64,000 nucleotides of DNA from Candidatus Enterousia sp. (GTDB lineage: Bacteria; Pseudomonadota; Alphaproteobacteria; Rs-D84), in the NCBI GenBank assembly GCA_045613445.1, contig JAZLAZ010000007.1:2696-66695 (forward strand), in the 5' to 3' direction. The stretch's first letter is position 1. Each line of letters begins with the position of its first letter. Below the pieces are notes generated by a model, which was not told where the DNA came from, ran no database searches, and saw only the letters and a program-made list of their open reading frames with translations. Shown here in pieces: positions 8,915-16,665 of the stretch. Both the position numbers and the translations under genes were made by a program.

Positions 8915-10399
8915 ATGATAGAAAGAAAGAATATTCAATCAAACAAACATATATTGGGGCAATTTTTTACTCCGACTTTTATATGTAAAAAAATCGTTTC
9001 AAGCTTAGACTTTCGCGATTCTCTGATTATCGAACCATCATTTGGAACCGGCAATTTCTTAAAAACGCTATCACATCTCAAAAACAATAAAATTGGTATC
9101 GAATTAGATAAAGATTTATTTAATAAATACACAGACAACTCGGTCAAACTATTAAATATGAACTTTTATGATTTCGACATAAAAACAGATAAAAAACTTA
9201 TTTTCATTGGTAACCCACCATACAGAACACCTGCGTATTCATTATCGACGCATAAAGAATATATACAACAACTCACAAAAAAATATAATATTCCAGGCAT
9301 CAGGGAAGAAGCGGTATTTTTTATATTACACACCATTGATATCATTCTTAAAAATGGTGGAAATGGTGAAATACATTATATTATCCCTGAATCAATATTG
9401 AAAAACAATTCAAAATTTTTTAATCGTTTCAAACAATTTTTAAAAGAAAAATGTTCATTTTTGAATATTATGAGCATAAAAGGAACTGATTTTGATGATG
9501 TTTCACAAGATCTAGTTTGTCTGTCTTTGAGAATAAAACACAATTATAAAGAAACGGATTACACATTATTTAATCATGCTGAATCTAATGAAAAAAATTA
9601 CGTGATTGTTGACAATATTCAAAAAAATCTTGATGAATACCTATGCTTATCCGACGCGAATTGTATTCCTTTTCAAAAAATCTTTAAAAGAACTTTTCTG
9701 GGGTCTGTACCTTGTGAAAGTCTACTAATGTCTGTGGCTGGCGAACCTCTTGAACATTTCCAATCTAGACTATGTAAAATTATCAGCAACAAAAACATCT
9801 CTATTAAACAACTATATAATTTACTGCAATATAACGGCAAAAGACACTTGAAAGTTTTTGATAATCCTTATGATTCTGAGATAACGCAAAATAAATTACA
9901 AATAATTTTATCTTATGTAAAAAACATTCAAGAAAAAGAAGATATTTTGCACGAATTTTTGAATAAAAATAACTATAAACCAATAATGGGGCGTGAAGTA
10001 TCTCATTATTATTTTAGGTGTGAAAGAATAAAAAAACACAAAAATTTTGTATACGAATTAAACCCCAATCCTTGCCGTTCTTTTTACTTTACTGGCAACC
10101 CATCACATAGTTCTACAGATTATTTCGGATTCTGTGAATATGATTGTAATCGCAATGTGTCGCCGGGTGCTAATAGAACCGTACCTGTTGATAATATTGA
10201 AACAAATTTGACAGACTTTTTTAAAAACTGGTGGCAAACTAATACAAACGAACCGTTTTCTAATCTTTTTGATTATATAATACATGTGTCAAAGACAGAT
10301 TGGTATAGTAATATGAAAAAAACTAATAAAAGATTCTATTTTGCAATTCCTAGGGAATTTATTCCAAAATCAAAACGAATAACGCATAATGATACATAA
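8915..10399 (+). CDS. N6-adenine DNA methyltransferase (gamma-type, R-M associated)
   Basis: GQFFTP, motif I EPSFGTGNF, motif IV NPPY (FIGNPPYR), and a long C-terminal putative target-recognition region. Confidence 0.8.
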   Translation: MIERKNIQSNKHILGQFFTPTFICKKIVSSLDFRDSLIIEPSFGTGNFLKTLSHLKNNKIGIELDKDLFNKYTDNSVKLLNMNFYDFDIKTDKKLIFIGNPPYRTPAYSLSTHKEYIQQLTKKYNIPGIREEAVFFILHTIDIILKNGGNGEIHYIIPESILKNNSKFFNRFKQFLKEKCSFLNIMSIKGTDFDDVSQDLVCLSLRIKHNYKETDYTLFNHAESNEKNYVIVDNIQKNLDEYLCLSDANCIPFQKIFKRTFLGSVPCESLLMSVAGEPLEHFQSRLCKIISNKNISIKQLYNLLQYNGKRHLKVFDNPYDSEITQNKLQIILSYVKNIQEKEDILHEFLNKNNYKPIMGREVSHYYFRCERIKKHKNFVYELNPNPCRSFYFTGNPSHSSTDYFGFCEYDCNRNVSPGANRTVPVDNIETNLTDFFKNWWQTNTNEPFSNLFDYIIHVSKTDWYSNMKKTNKRFYFAIPREFIPKSKRITHNDT

Positions 10400-10406
10400 C
10401 AAGTTA

Positions 10407-11105
10407 TTATTCTGACAAAGCCCATCCCAGACGGTTTAAATTTTCTTCAATTTGTTCTTTCATGTCTAAAAAATTATACCGACCAGAGTGTTTATAGTTG
10501 GTTATTTCAAAAATTGTTTTATATTTCAAAACTTCTGACAGGTTTATCTGCCCTTCTATCGGACTTGTACCGTGTTGTTTAGACAATAATAATTTACCTG
10601 GTTCTTTATTATTTTTTCCAGATCTAGAACTAACCATTGTTGAAGGGATCAGAAACAATCTATCTGCATTACCATACAAAATATGCAATACAAACCAATC
10701 ACAAAAACTTGGTTTAGACTGCTGAAACGATGAAGTTGAAAAATTTGATGCTTTGGGATTATCTTCTATATTAAATATACGCGTAATCACATATGAATCT
10801 TTATTTTCCTTTCCATTTATAGCGCGCAGAGATTTTATTTCAAGTTTCAAATTGCCACAGTCTGCATCATATTTGGTATCCGTGATATGTTTTTGTACAT
10901 CGACAAAACTTTCTATAATTAAATCCTGCATGACATCACCGTACACTTTGCCTGTAGGAATAGTAAAGAGAGATACATAAGGGAAATTAGCCCCGACACG
11001 CACCCTATGGGCAGCAATTTCATCCTCTGTTATTTTTATATATCGTTTCGGGGATTGTGAATTTTGTTTTATTTCTGCCACAGCAAAATCTAATTGATCT
11101 GTCAT
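10407..11105 (-). CDS. putative restriction endonuclease partner (PD-(D/E)xK-like)
   Basis: Convergent with the methyltransferase, 7 nt apart. Possible D..EIK motif (DADCGNLKLEIK). Start set to the ATG at 11105, which has an RBS AAAGGA. Confidence 0.4.
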   Translation of the reverse strand: MTDQLDFAVAEIKQNSQSPKRYIKITEDEIAAHRVRVGANFPYVSLFTIPTGKVYGDVMQDLIIESFVDVQKHITDTKYDADCGNLKLEIKSLRAINGKENKDSYVITRIFNIEDNPKASNFSTSSFQQSKPSFCDWFVLHILYGNADRLFLIPSTMVSSRSGKNNKEPGKLLLSKQHGTSPIEGQINLSEVLKYKTIFEITNYKHSGRYNFLDMKEQIEENLNRLGWALSE

Positions 11106-11330
11106 AAAATTCCTTTTTTTCAAGCGTGACATTAATCTTATTTAATTGTCAATTAAAAAGATTTCTATAAACTATACATCAAATACCACAAAATTAAAAA
11201 TGTCCCAAACGGGACATTTTATAATGGGGCCCCGAATTTGACACAGTTCTACCCGAAAATGTACAGCAAGTGCTTGATTTAGGCCCGTTGTTGAACGAGA
11301 TATTAGCAGAAATTGAAAATAGTGGTCTGG

Positions 11331-11519
11331 TTATTCCCAGTGCCTAATTCCGAACTTGTCTACTCGGATTTTTCGACCGAGTGAAGATATGACGAATATA
11401 TTGCCGTCTTTGTGGTACGCAGCTTTGGCATTTTGGAATTTGAGCTTGTTGCCTTTGTTCTTTTTTACAACTACGCAGTCATCTTCCCAGCGATAGTGTA
11501 TGTCACTTTTTACAGCCAT
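11331..11519 (-). CDS. hypothetical small protein (62 aa)
   Basis: ORF with RBS AAGGGG. Its 5' region is homologous to that of ORF 16273..16488. Confidence 0.45.
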   Translation of the reverse strand: MAVKSDIHYRWEDDCVVVKKNKGNKLKFQNAKAAYHKDGNIFVISSLGRKIRVDKFGIRHWE

Positions 11520-11594
11520 GATTTACCCCTTGGTTTCTATGTGTAATAAATAGAACTTGCAAGGGTAATAATATGGTCTTTGCTGGAATTTATT

Positions 11595-12179
11595 CTATAT
11601 TCTGGCTGTTTCTACCGCGTTCTTTAGCAGATTAATGTCAGAATTATAGTAACGCTGCGTTGTTTGGATGTTTCTGTGGTTCACCAACTGCTTGACTAAG
11701 AAAGGATTTACCCCATTGTTTATCATTTTTGTAATAAACATGTGACGGCCAAGGTGTGATGCACCATGAATCCCAAATTTCTTATAAATATTACTAAATA
11801 TTCTGCAGATAGACACACGATTAAATGGTTTATCCATCTTTTGGGATGTAAACAGATATGTCTCGCCATCTAATTTATCGCCATATTTAGCAGTCAAGTA
11901 TTTGTGATATACTTTCAATTCTTTCTGGAATTGTTCATTTACATAATATTGAGCAGAGAATTTACCCTTATTCTTGTCACAGCTCAAATCAATAACGTCT
12001 TTTACAGAACCATCGCTATTGAATACGTCCTTGACCTGCAAACATCTAAAGTTTATGCACCGTAATCCATTTAACGAGCAGAAGAACATCATACGTATCA
12101 TTTCACTATGATTAATACCCTTGATGTACGATAAGATGTCTTTTAGTTTTGCATCTTTTACAAATTCTTTATTTACCAT
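11595..12179 (-). CDS. tyrosine recombinase, catalytic domain only (FimB/FimE-size, 194 aa)
   Basis: R..HxxR..H..Y signature: GLRCINF, SHLGRHMF, VNHRNIQTTQRYY. No N-terminal core-binding domain. Confidence 0.75.
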   Translation of the reverse strand: MVNKEFVKDAKLKDILSYIKGINHSEMIRMMFFCSLNGLRCINFRCLQVKDVFNSDGSVKDVIDLSCDKNKGKFSAQYYVNEQFQKELKVYHKYLTAKYGDKLDGETYLFTSQKMDKPFNRVSICRIFSNIYKKFGIHGASHLGRHMFITKMINNGVNPFLVKQLVNHRNIQTTQRYYNSDINLLKNAVETARI

Positions 12180-12220
12180 TTTTAGTCCTTAGCATAATGT
12201 TACTATTTATTTATAATCAC

Positions 12221-12249
12221 AGTATAGTGTAACATTTTATTGCTGTCAA
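12221..12249 (-). promoter_or_regulatory. sigma70 promoter of the recombinase gene, flanked by an AATGTTAC/GTAACATT inverted repeat
   Basis: Minus strand: TTGACA (12244-12249), 17 nt, TATACT (12221-12226). The IR copy 12229-12236 lies in the spacer and the copy 12196-12203 lies downstream of the predicted TSS (about 12214), so the IR brackets the -10 and TSS. Confidence 0.55.
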
Positions 12250-12374
12250 GAAATTAACGCGGTTTGCCACTCTTGGTTTTCTGGGGCTTTCCGCGTTAAT
12301 GTTACAAAATGTACCTTTTGTTACATTTCAAGACAAATCATTGGAGCGCATTATATTTTTCATATCATTACCTC

Positions 12375-13049
12375 CTACTTAGACACTACATTTTCTCTTT
12401 TTCTTTCTAACTCTAAAATATCTCTAAATTGATATGTATATGTAAAAATTTTATCATGATACAAGTTATTATAATTCCAGTATTTATCAGAAATGTGGCC
12501 TAAATATATTTTATCTTTGTAAAACTTTATTTCTGTAAGAAAAGCGGTCTTTCTACAAGGAACCAGTTCTTTATTATAAACAGGGAACGAATTATTAAAT
12601 GTATTCACTCGTCCATACCCAATATACGATGTTGAACCCGTATAAACGGAGCCCGCATAGCTTGCCTTTTCACAAACGTCTGGTATAGAAATACTGTATA
12701 TATTTATTTCTCGTCTAACTTTTATAGGATTAGTGCATTTGTAGTTATTTATCTCTTTGTCATATTCGCGTTTTGTCATTTTGATATCAGAACGACCATA
12801 TCCAAGATTTTTTTCAAAAGGGTCGTTGCTATAAAATGGATTTTCGTTCAGTTCCTTAAACCCGGTTTGAAATTGTGTTTCATCAAATACAATACAGGAA
12901 TCATGCACATTCAAAAAATCTTCAATTTTATGTGTGTTTTCATAATCGTAATCATTGCCTTCAAAACACCTATCAACACAAGGTTCCATTACGCACCCAA
13001 TCACCAATAAACAAAGGCTCAACGGACCAACTTTTTTCACGGCATACAT
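12375..13049 (-). CDS. hypothetical lipoprotein
   Basis: N-terminal signal with lipobox-like LLVIGC. No homology recognised. Confidence 0.55.
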   Translation of the reverse strand: MYAVKKVGPLSLCLLVIGCVMEPCVDRCFEGNDYDYENTHKIEDFLNVHDSCIVFDETQFQTGFKELNENPFYSNDPFEKNLGYGRSDIKMTKREYDKEINNYKCTNPIKVRREINIYSISIPDVCEKASYAGSVYTGSTSYIGYGRVNTFNNSFPVYNKELVPCRKTAFLTEIKFYKDKIYLGHISDKYWNYNNLYHDKIFTYTYQFRDILELERKRENVVSK

Positions 13050-13110
13050 ATCTAATTCCTTATTTCCTAAAATTCAACATCAAGTAATAATATCTTATTT
13101 ATATTAATAA

Positions 13111-13602
13111 TTACTCCAAACTTATACTTTTGTATTGATTTTCTAGCCATTCATTCAACTCTGTTTCACATGTTGTCCGGCTTACAGTTATCAGCATATC
13201 TATTACAGGTTCAGCAACATTATTAGGCATATTCATCATTGTTGGCAAAAATTCAAAAATAGCCTTTTTGGACATTTCCTTATGTAGTTTTGCGACAACA
13301 CAATCACATATCTTGTCAGTTCTTACAATATCAGCAACCGTCAAATACCTTTCGTGTACTTCTCCACTTTCCATATGTATAGGACCTGACATATCTTTGA
13401 GACACTTTTTCTTTATAGTTTTGTTTCCTCCAACAGCTTCGATAACCGAAGATATTATTTTTGACTTTTTGTGTGCCTTAACACCATAAAAGCCTCCTGT
13501 GATAAATGCGGTAAATAGAATAACTGCCGATAATATATAAAGTTTTTTGCTCAAGTTTATCTCCTTCTTTTTATTCAAAACACTTTCTGTGTGATTTTGC
13601 AT
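13111..13602 (-). CDS. hypothetical membrane-anchored protein (CxC motif)
   Basis: Single N-terminal TM segment. KICDCVVAKL motif is shared with ORF 13951..14490. Confidence 0.55.
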   Translation of the reverse strand: MQNHTESVLNKKKEINLSKKLYILSAVILFTAFITGGFYGVKAHKKSKIISSVIEAVGGNKTIKKKCLKDMSGPIHMESGEVHERYLTVADIVRTDKICDCVVAKLHKEMSKKAIFEFLPTMMNMPNNVAEPVIDMLITVSRTTCETELNEWLENQYKSISLE

Positions 13603-13936
13603 AACTTATTGCTATCTGCGCCTGTTCAAATATGTTTTTTATCGCATTGGAATCGGCTTTTTGAACAAATGTGTAACATAAAGCAAACGCTTCGTCTGCA
13701 TACGCACTAACAGTTGCTATTCCTCCATCAAAAAGTCTTAGAATGTCATTTTCATCTAGAGAGAATAAAAAAGCTACAGAACAGGATGCTGCATCATTCA
13801 TTGTAATATTAGAACTCTCATCAAACTTCTTTATGCCAAGATTTACTAGAGCTGCTCGTTTGCAATCTAGAGATACTTCATTGTCGGCACAAGCACCTAG
13901 CAATATACAAAAAAACAAAGCCAATAATTTTTTCAT
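13571..13936 (-). CDS. hypothetical lipoprotein
   Basis: MKKLLALFFCILLGAC lipobox. Confidence 0.55.
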   Translation of the reverse strand: MKKLLALFFCILLGACADNEVSLDCKRAALVNLGIKKFDESSNITMNDAASCSVAFLFSLDENDILRLFDGGIATVSAYADEAFALCYTFVQKADSNAIKNIFEQAQIAISYAKSHRKCFE

Positions 13937-13950
13937 AAAATCCCCTTTTA

Positions 13951-14490
13951 TTAGTGTTTATAATATCCGACACATAATTCGGTTGCTTTTTTTGTTATTT
14001 TCGTAAAAAGAAGAGCCCGCACAATGTCTTCATCATTATACTGTTTTATAAAATATACAACATTGTTGGAATGGCACTCACAATACCTAATATTTTTCTT
14101 TCCGAAGCTCTCTATACAACTTTCGTAAAAAAATGATTTTAATTTGTTAACAGGCAAATTAACGAATGTTATCTGTTCTTTACAAGCATATTCTGCATCA
14201 ACATATTTTTTTATAAATTCTTTTTTTCTGGGTAATTTGTCTTTTAATTCTGTTGCTACGAATGAAGCAAGACACTCGCAATAAGCTTCATGTAACACCA
14301 TGGTAGAATCGTCTACTTTATTAAAAACACATGTTTCATAAGTAGATTCCTTTATTTCTGCATAAGATTTATTCTTATAATGTGATATTCTAGGGTTTTC
14401 AATAAAATTCCACCATGCCCATACAGCCATTGTTGCTATAAGTAAAAGGGTAGTGAATATCAATAAAAATACTTTAAACATTTTCTTCAT
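13951..14490 (-). CDS. hypothetical membrane-anchored protein (2x [Y]CEC motif)
   Basis: Start set to MKKMFKVF (ATG 14490, RBS GGGGA). TM anchor present. Motifs AYCECLASFV and RYCECHSNNV. Confidence 0.55.
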   Translation of the reverse strand: MKKMFKVFLLIFTTLLLIATMAVWAWWNFIENPRISHYKNKSYAEIKESTYETCVFNKVDDSTMVLHEAYCECLASFVATELKDKLPRKKEFIKKYVDAEYACKEQITFVNLPVNKLKSFFYESCIESFGKKNIRYCECHSNNVVYFIKQYNDEDIVRALLFTKITKKATELCVGYYKH

Positions 14491-14506
14491 TTTGTATCCC
14501 CCTGCT

Positions 14507-14744
14507 AAAAAAACAGACCGCCATAGGATGCTAGGCGGTCGGGGAGTTCTCAAATCACGTCATTATTGATTCTGTTGCTTTCGGGTAACCCCTGTTGTAT
14601 AGCAAGCAGCTCCCCGACTTATACAGTCAGGGATAAATGACGACACAAAACCACAGGAATGACATCGTATAACGATGCCACAGCAATTTTGCACCGAATG
14701 ACGTAGGCTTGAGATAGCCCCGAACCCATATCCCTATGGATTCA
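14507..14744 (-). ncRNA. structured ~240-nt leader or sRNA ending in an intrinsic terminator (unclassified)
   Basis: Minus strand has a 5' hairpin CCAUAGGGAUAUGG, a long stem GUCGGGGAG...CUCCCCGAC, three GUCAUU repeats, and terminator GACCGCC-N11-GGCGGUC plus U7. The terminator lies 10 nt upstream of the RBS of ORF 13951..14490. Confidence 0.45.
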
Positions 14745-14750
14745 TTTCAT

Positions 14751-14779
14751 ATGATATCAATTAGATTAATCAACTTCAA
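14751..14779 (-). promoter_or_regulatory. candidate sigma70 promoter for the structured leader
   Basis: Minus strand: TTGAAG, 17 nt, TATCAT. Confidence 0.35.
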
Positions 14780-14999
14780 GTACAATCAAAGCGTTTTAAT
14801 TATACGTAATTTTTTTGATGAGAAAATAACGTTTAATCTAACCGCATACGCCCCGATAGGTTCTTCGTGCGCCTCGTTGCGAATCTCCGCCTTTGGGGGC
14901 TTCTATTCGACTCGGACTACGAACCCATCTGGGGCTTTTTAGGAAACATACTGTTCTTTATGGATGTTTTTGATGTTCTATATATCAAGGAGAATACAA

Positions 15000-15200
15000 A
15001 TGACATACACACAACCACTTACTCATGAAACATTACTGACTGTTCATGAATTAGCCAATTTGCTGAAAATAAAACCAGACACTATCTATCATTGGCATCT
15101 TCGCAAAGCTTATCCCGAAATCAAAAGAGTAAAGATTGCGGGAAAAGTTTATTTCAAACTATCTTCGTTGCAACCATTTTTGAATATAGATACGCCTTAA
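15000..15200 (+). CDS. excisionase/AlpA-like HTH DNA-binding protein
   Basis: RBS AGGAG plus ATG at 15000. LLTVHELANLLKIKPDTIYHWHLRK..VKIAGKVYF resembles Xis/AlpA (MerR-like) HTH proteins. Confidence 0.6.
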   Translation: MTYTQPLTHETLLTVHELANLLKIKPDTIYHWHLRKAYPEIKRVKIAGKVYFKLSSLQPFLNIDTP

Positions 15201-16028
15201 TTTATTTATCGGATTGGGTATATTCAGACAGTTATTTCTTTTTAATATCACACCAAACCCCACCCATAACTTCAACGTTGATAGTGACGAAGGAGTGTAT
15301 GGGTATATTTTTTCTTGTACCTTATTACCGAACCATGTTTTCAAGTAGAATAGATAAGCACCTTCATCTTGGATATATCTTGCATTTGGACTGTTAGTAT
15401 ATTTGTTTAATTCCTTTACCATATATGCACAAACACCTTCCTTGTCATATATGTATCTTAGGTTTATCACTGTACTAAAAAATCCAAAATACTCCCTTGT
15501 TTTATCAATAGCTATTATCAATCGTCTTAGTACATCCATCGGTTCACCACAGTGTTTAATAGCTAAGTGAACGTGCCAGAAACCGCTTTTACCACGTTCA
15601 AACACACCCACAAAAGGCAATGGATTACGTTTCCAATTATGTTCGCTGCATGTAAAAAGTCTTTCTATTGTACGGATGATATTACGGTACATTTCTTTTG
15701 CTTCTTGTTGATTCTTGGTTCTGCGGTATCCTGATTGGTTTATATGGGGCAATTTAATCGATAACAGTGCTAAGTATTCGGATTTAATAAGGTCCAGATA
15801 CCATGCTTGTTGTTCTGGGGTCATGCTGTATTTATGGTTTCTGTATATTCCTTGGTCTTCGACATAACATTCATTGTTGAACATATCCAATATATCTGTG
15901 ACTGTTCTGCGGGATATTTTGTCTTGAGTTGCATCTTTGTACCACGTTCTTCGTTTTATCGTATTTGCATGCCTAGTTAATGTTTCTGTATTTTTGAAAA
16001 AGTTAGTTGTTGGTTCTGTGTTGCTCAT
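15159..16028 (-). CDS. HUH-endonuclease, rolling-circle replication initiator-like protein
   Basis: FVGVFE (motif 1-like), HUH motif FWHVHLAI, Tyr motif AYMVKELNKY. Start set to MSNTEP (ATG 16028, RBS AAGG). Confidence 0.55.
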   Translation of the reverse strand: MSNTEPTTNFFKNTETLTRHANTIKRRTWYKDATQDKISRRTVTDILDMFNNECYVEDQGIYRNHKYSMTPEQQAWYLDLIKSEYLALLSIKLPHINQSGYRRTKNQQEAKEMYRNIIRTIERLFTCSEHNWKRNPLPFVGVFERGKSGFWHVHLAIKHCGEPMDVLRRLIIAIDKTREYFGFFSTVINLRYIYDKEGVCAYMVKELNKYTNSPNARYIQDEGAYLFYLKTWFGNKVQEKIYPYTPSSLSTLKLWVGFGVILKRNNCLNIPNPINKLRRIYIQKWLQRR

Positions 16029-16272
16029 AGTTGATACCTTTATGGTGTAGTGATAGACCCCGTCTGGCAAGCACTTGGACGGCAATATTGTAAAAAGACC
16101 CACGCAGCATAAGTGTGAACCGATAAGCAATCCCATTCACCCCACGCAGTCAATTGAATAGAACTGCTGTTTTGGATAAAAATGGAAATGTTTGATTATT
16201 TATTGCAAATGCATGCGTGCACCCAACAAAAAAGCCCTTAAAGGGCTCATCAAAGAAAAATTGCTTAAGAAA

Positions 16273-16488
16273 TTATTGCAATGAGATTTCTGCTTTGAAG
16301 CGCAGCAGGACATTTGCCTGTTTGCGTGAAATTGGATAGCCACAACACATCTGTTCTGTAATATTAACTACCGCAGGGTGCACATACATACCTGCAACCT
16401 TGGCCATTAATACCAAGTTTTCCCAATATTCTGTACCCAATCCCATAACTTCGCGGACTTCTTCTGTTTCACTGCACCTTCTGCACAT
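16273..16488 (-). CDS. hypothetical small protein (71 aa)
   Basis: ORF with RBS AAGGGGG and the island-type upstream motif. Confidence 0.4.
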   Translation of the reverse strand: MCRRCSETEEVREVMGLGTEYWENLVLMAKVAGMYVHPAVVNITEQMCCGYPISRKQANVLLRFKAEISLQ

Positions 16489-16665
16489 AATTAACCCCCT
16501 TGGTTACATATAAATAGAACTGTTGGTACGGCCCAAATACACAAAAAAATCCAAAAATAAAAAATTTTTTTCAAATTTTTCCAAAACCACCTTCTCGCAT
16601 GAGTTCTACAAATCAAGAAGCAAGACGGTCGAGCTTCTATCACTAGTAGAAAAAGAAGTAAAATC

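Noticed and set aside
12254-12299. The 9-bp inverted repeat TTAACGCGG/CCGCGTTAA as the boundaries of an invertible switch for the small tyrosine recombinase.
   Set aside because: Only 28 bp lie between the arms, which is too short for recombinase-mediated inversion. On the minus strand it is followed by UUUCUU and more likely terminates ORF 12375..13049.
14840-14945. GC-rich ~90-nt element upstream of the Xis-like gene (GCCCCGATAGGTTC...GAACCCATCTGGGGC plus T5). It contains CGGACTACGAACC, resembling the tRNA-His T-arm complement CGGACTCGAACC. It might be a tRNA fragment, the partner att site, or a small RNA.
   Set aside because: I could not fold it as a tRNA. The similarity to tRNA-His is only about 12 nt with an indel and in a different order relative to TGGGGC. 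This is too weak to call an att site or RNA gene without a search. It is worth including in the repeat search proposed for the island boundaries.
15092-15397. 101-aa plus-strand ORF.
   Set aside because: It is out of frame with the RBS-supported Xis-like ORF and antisense to the Rep-like gene.
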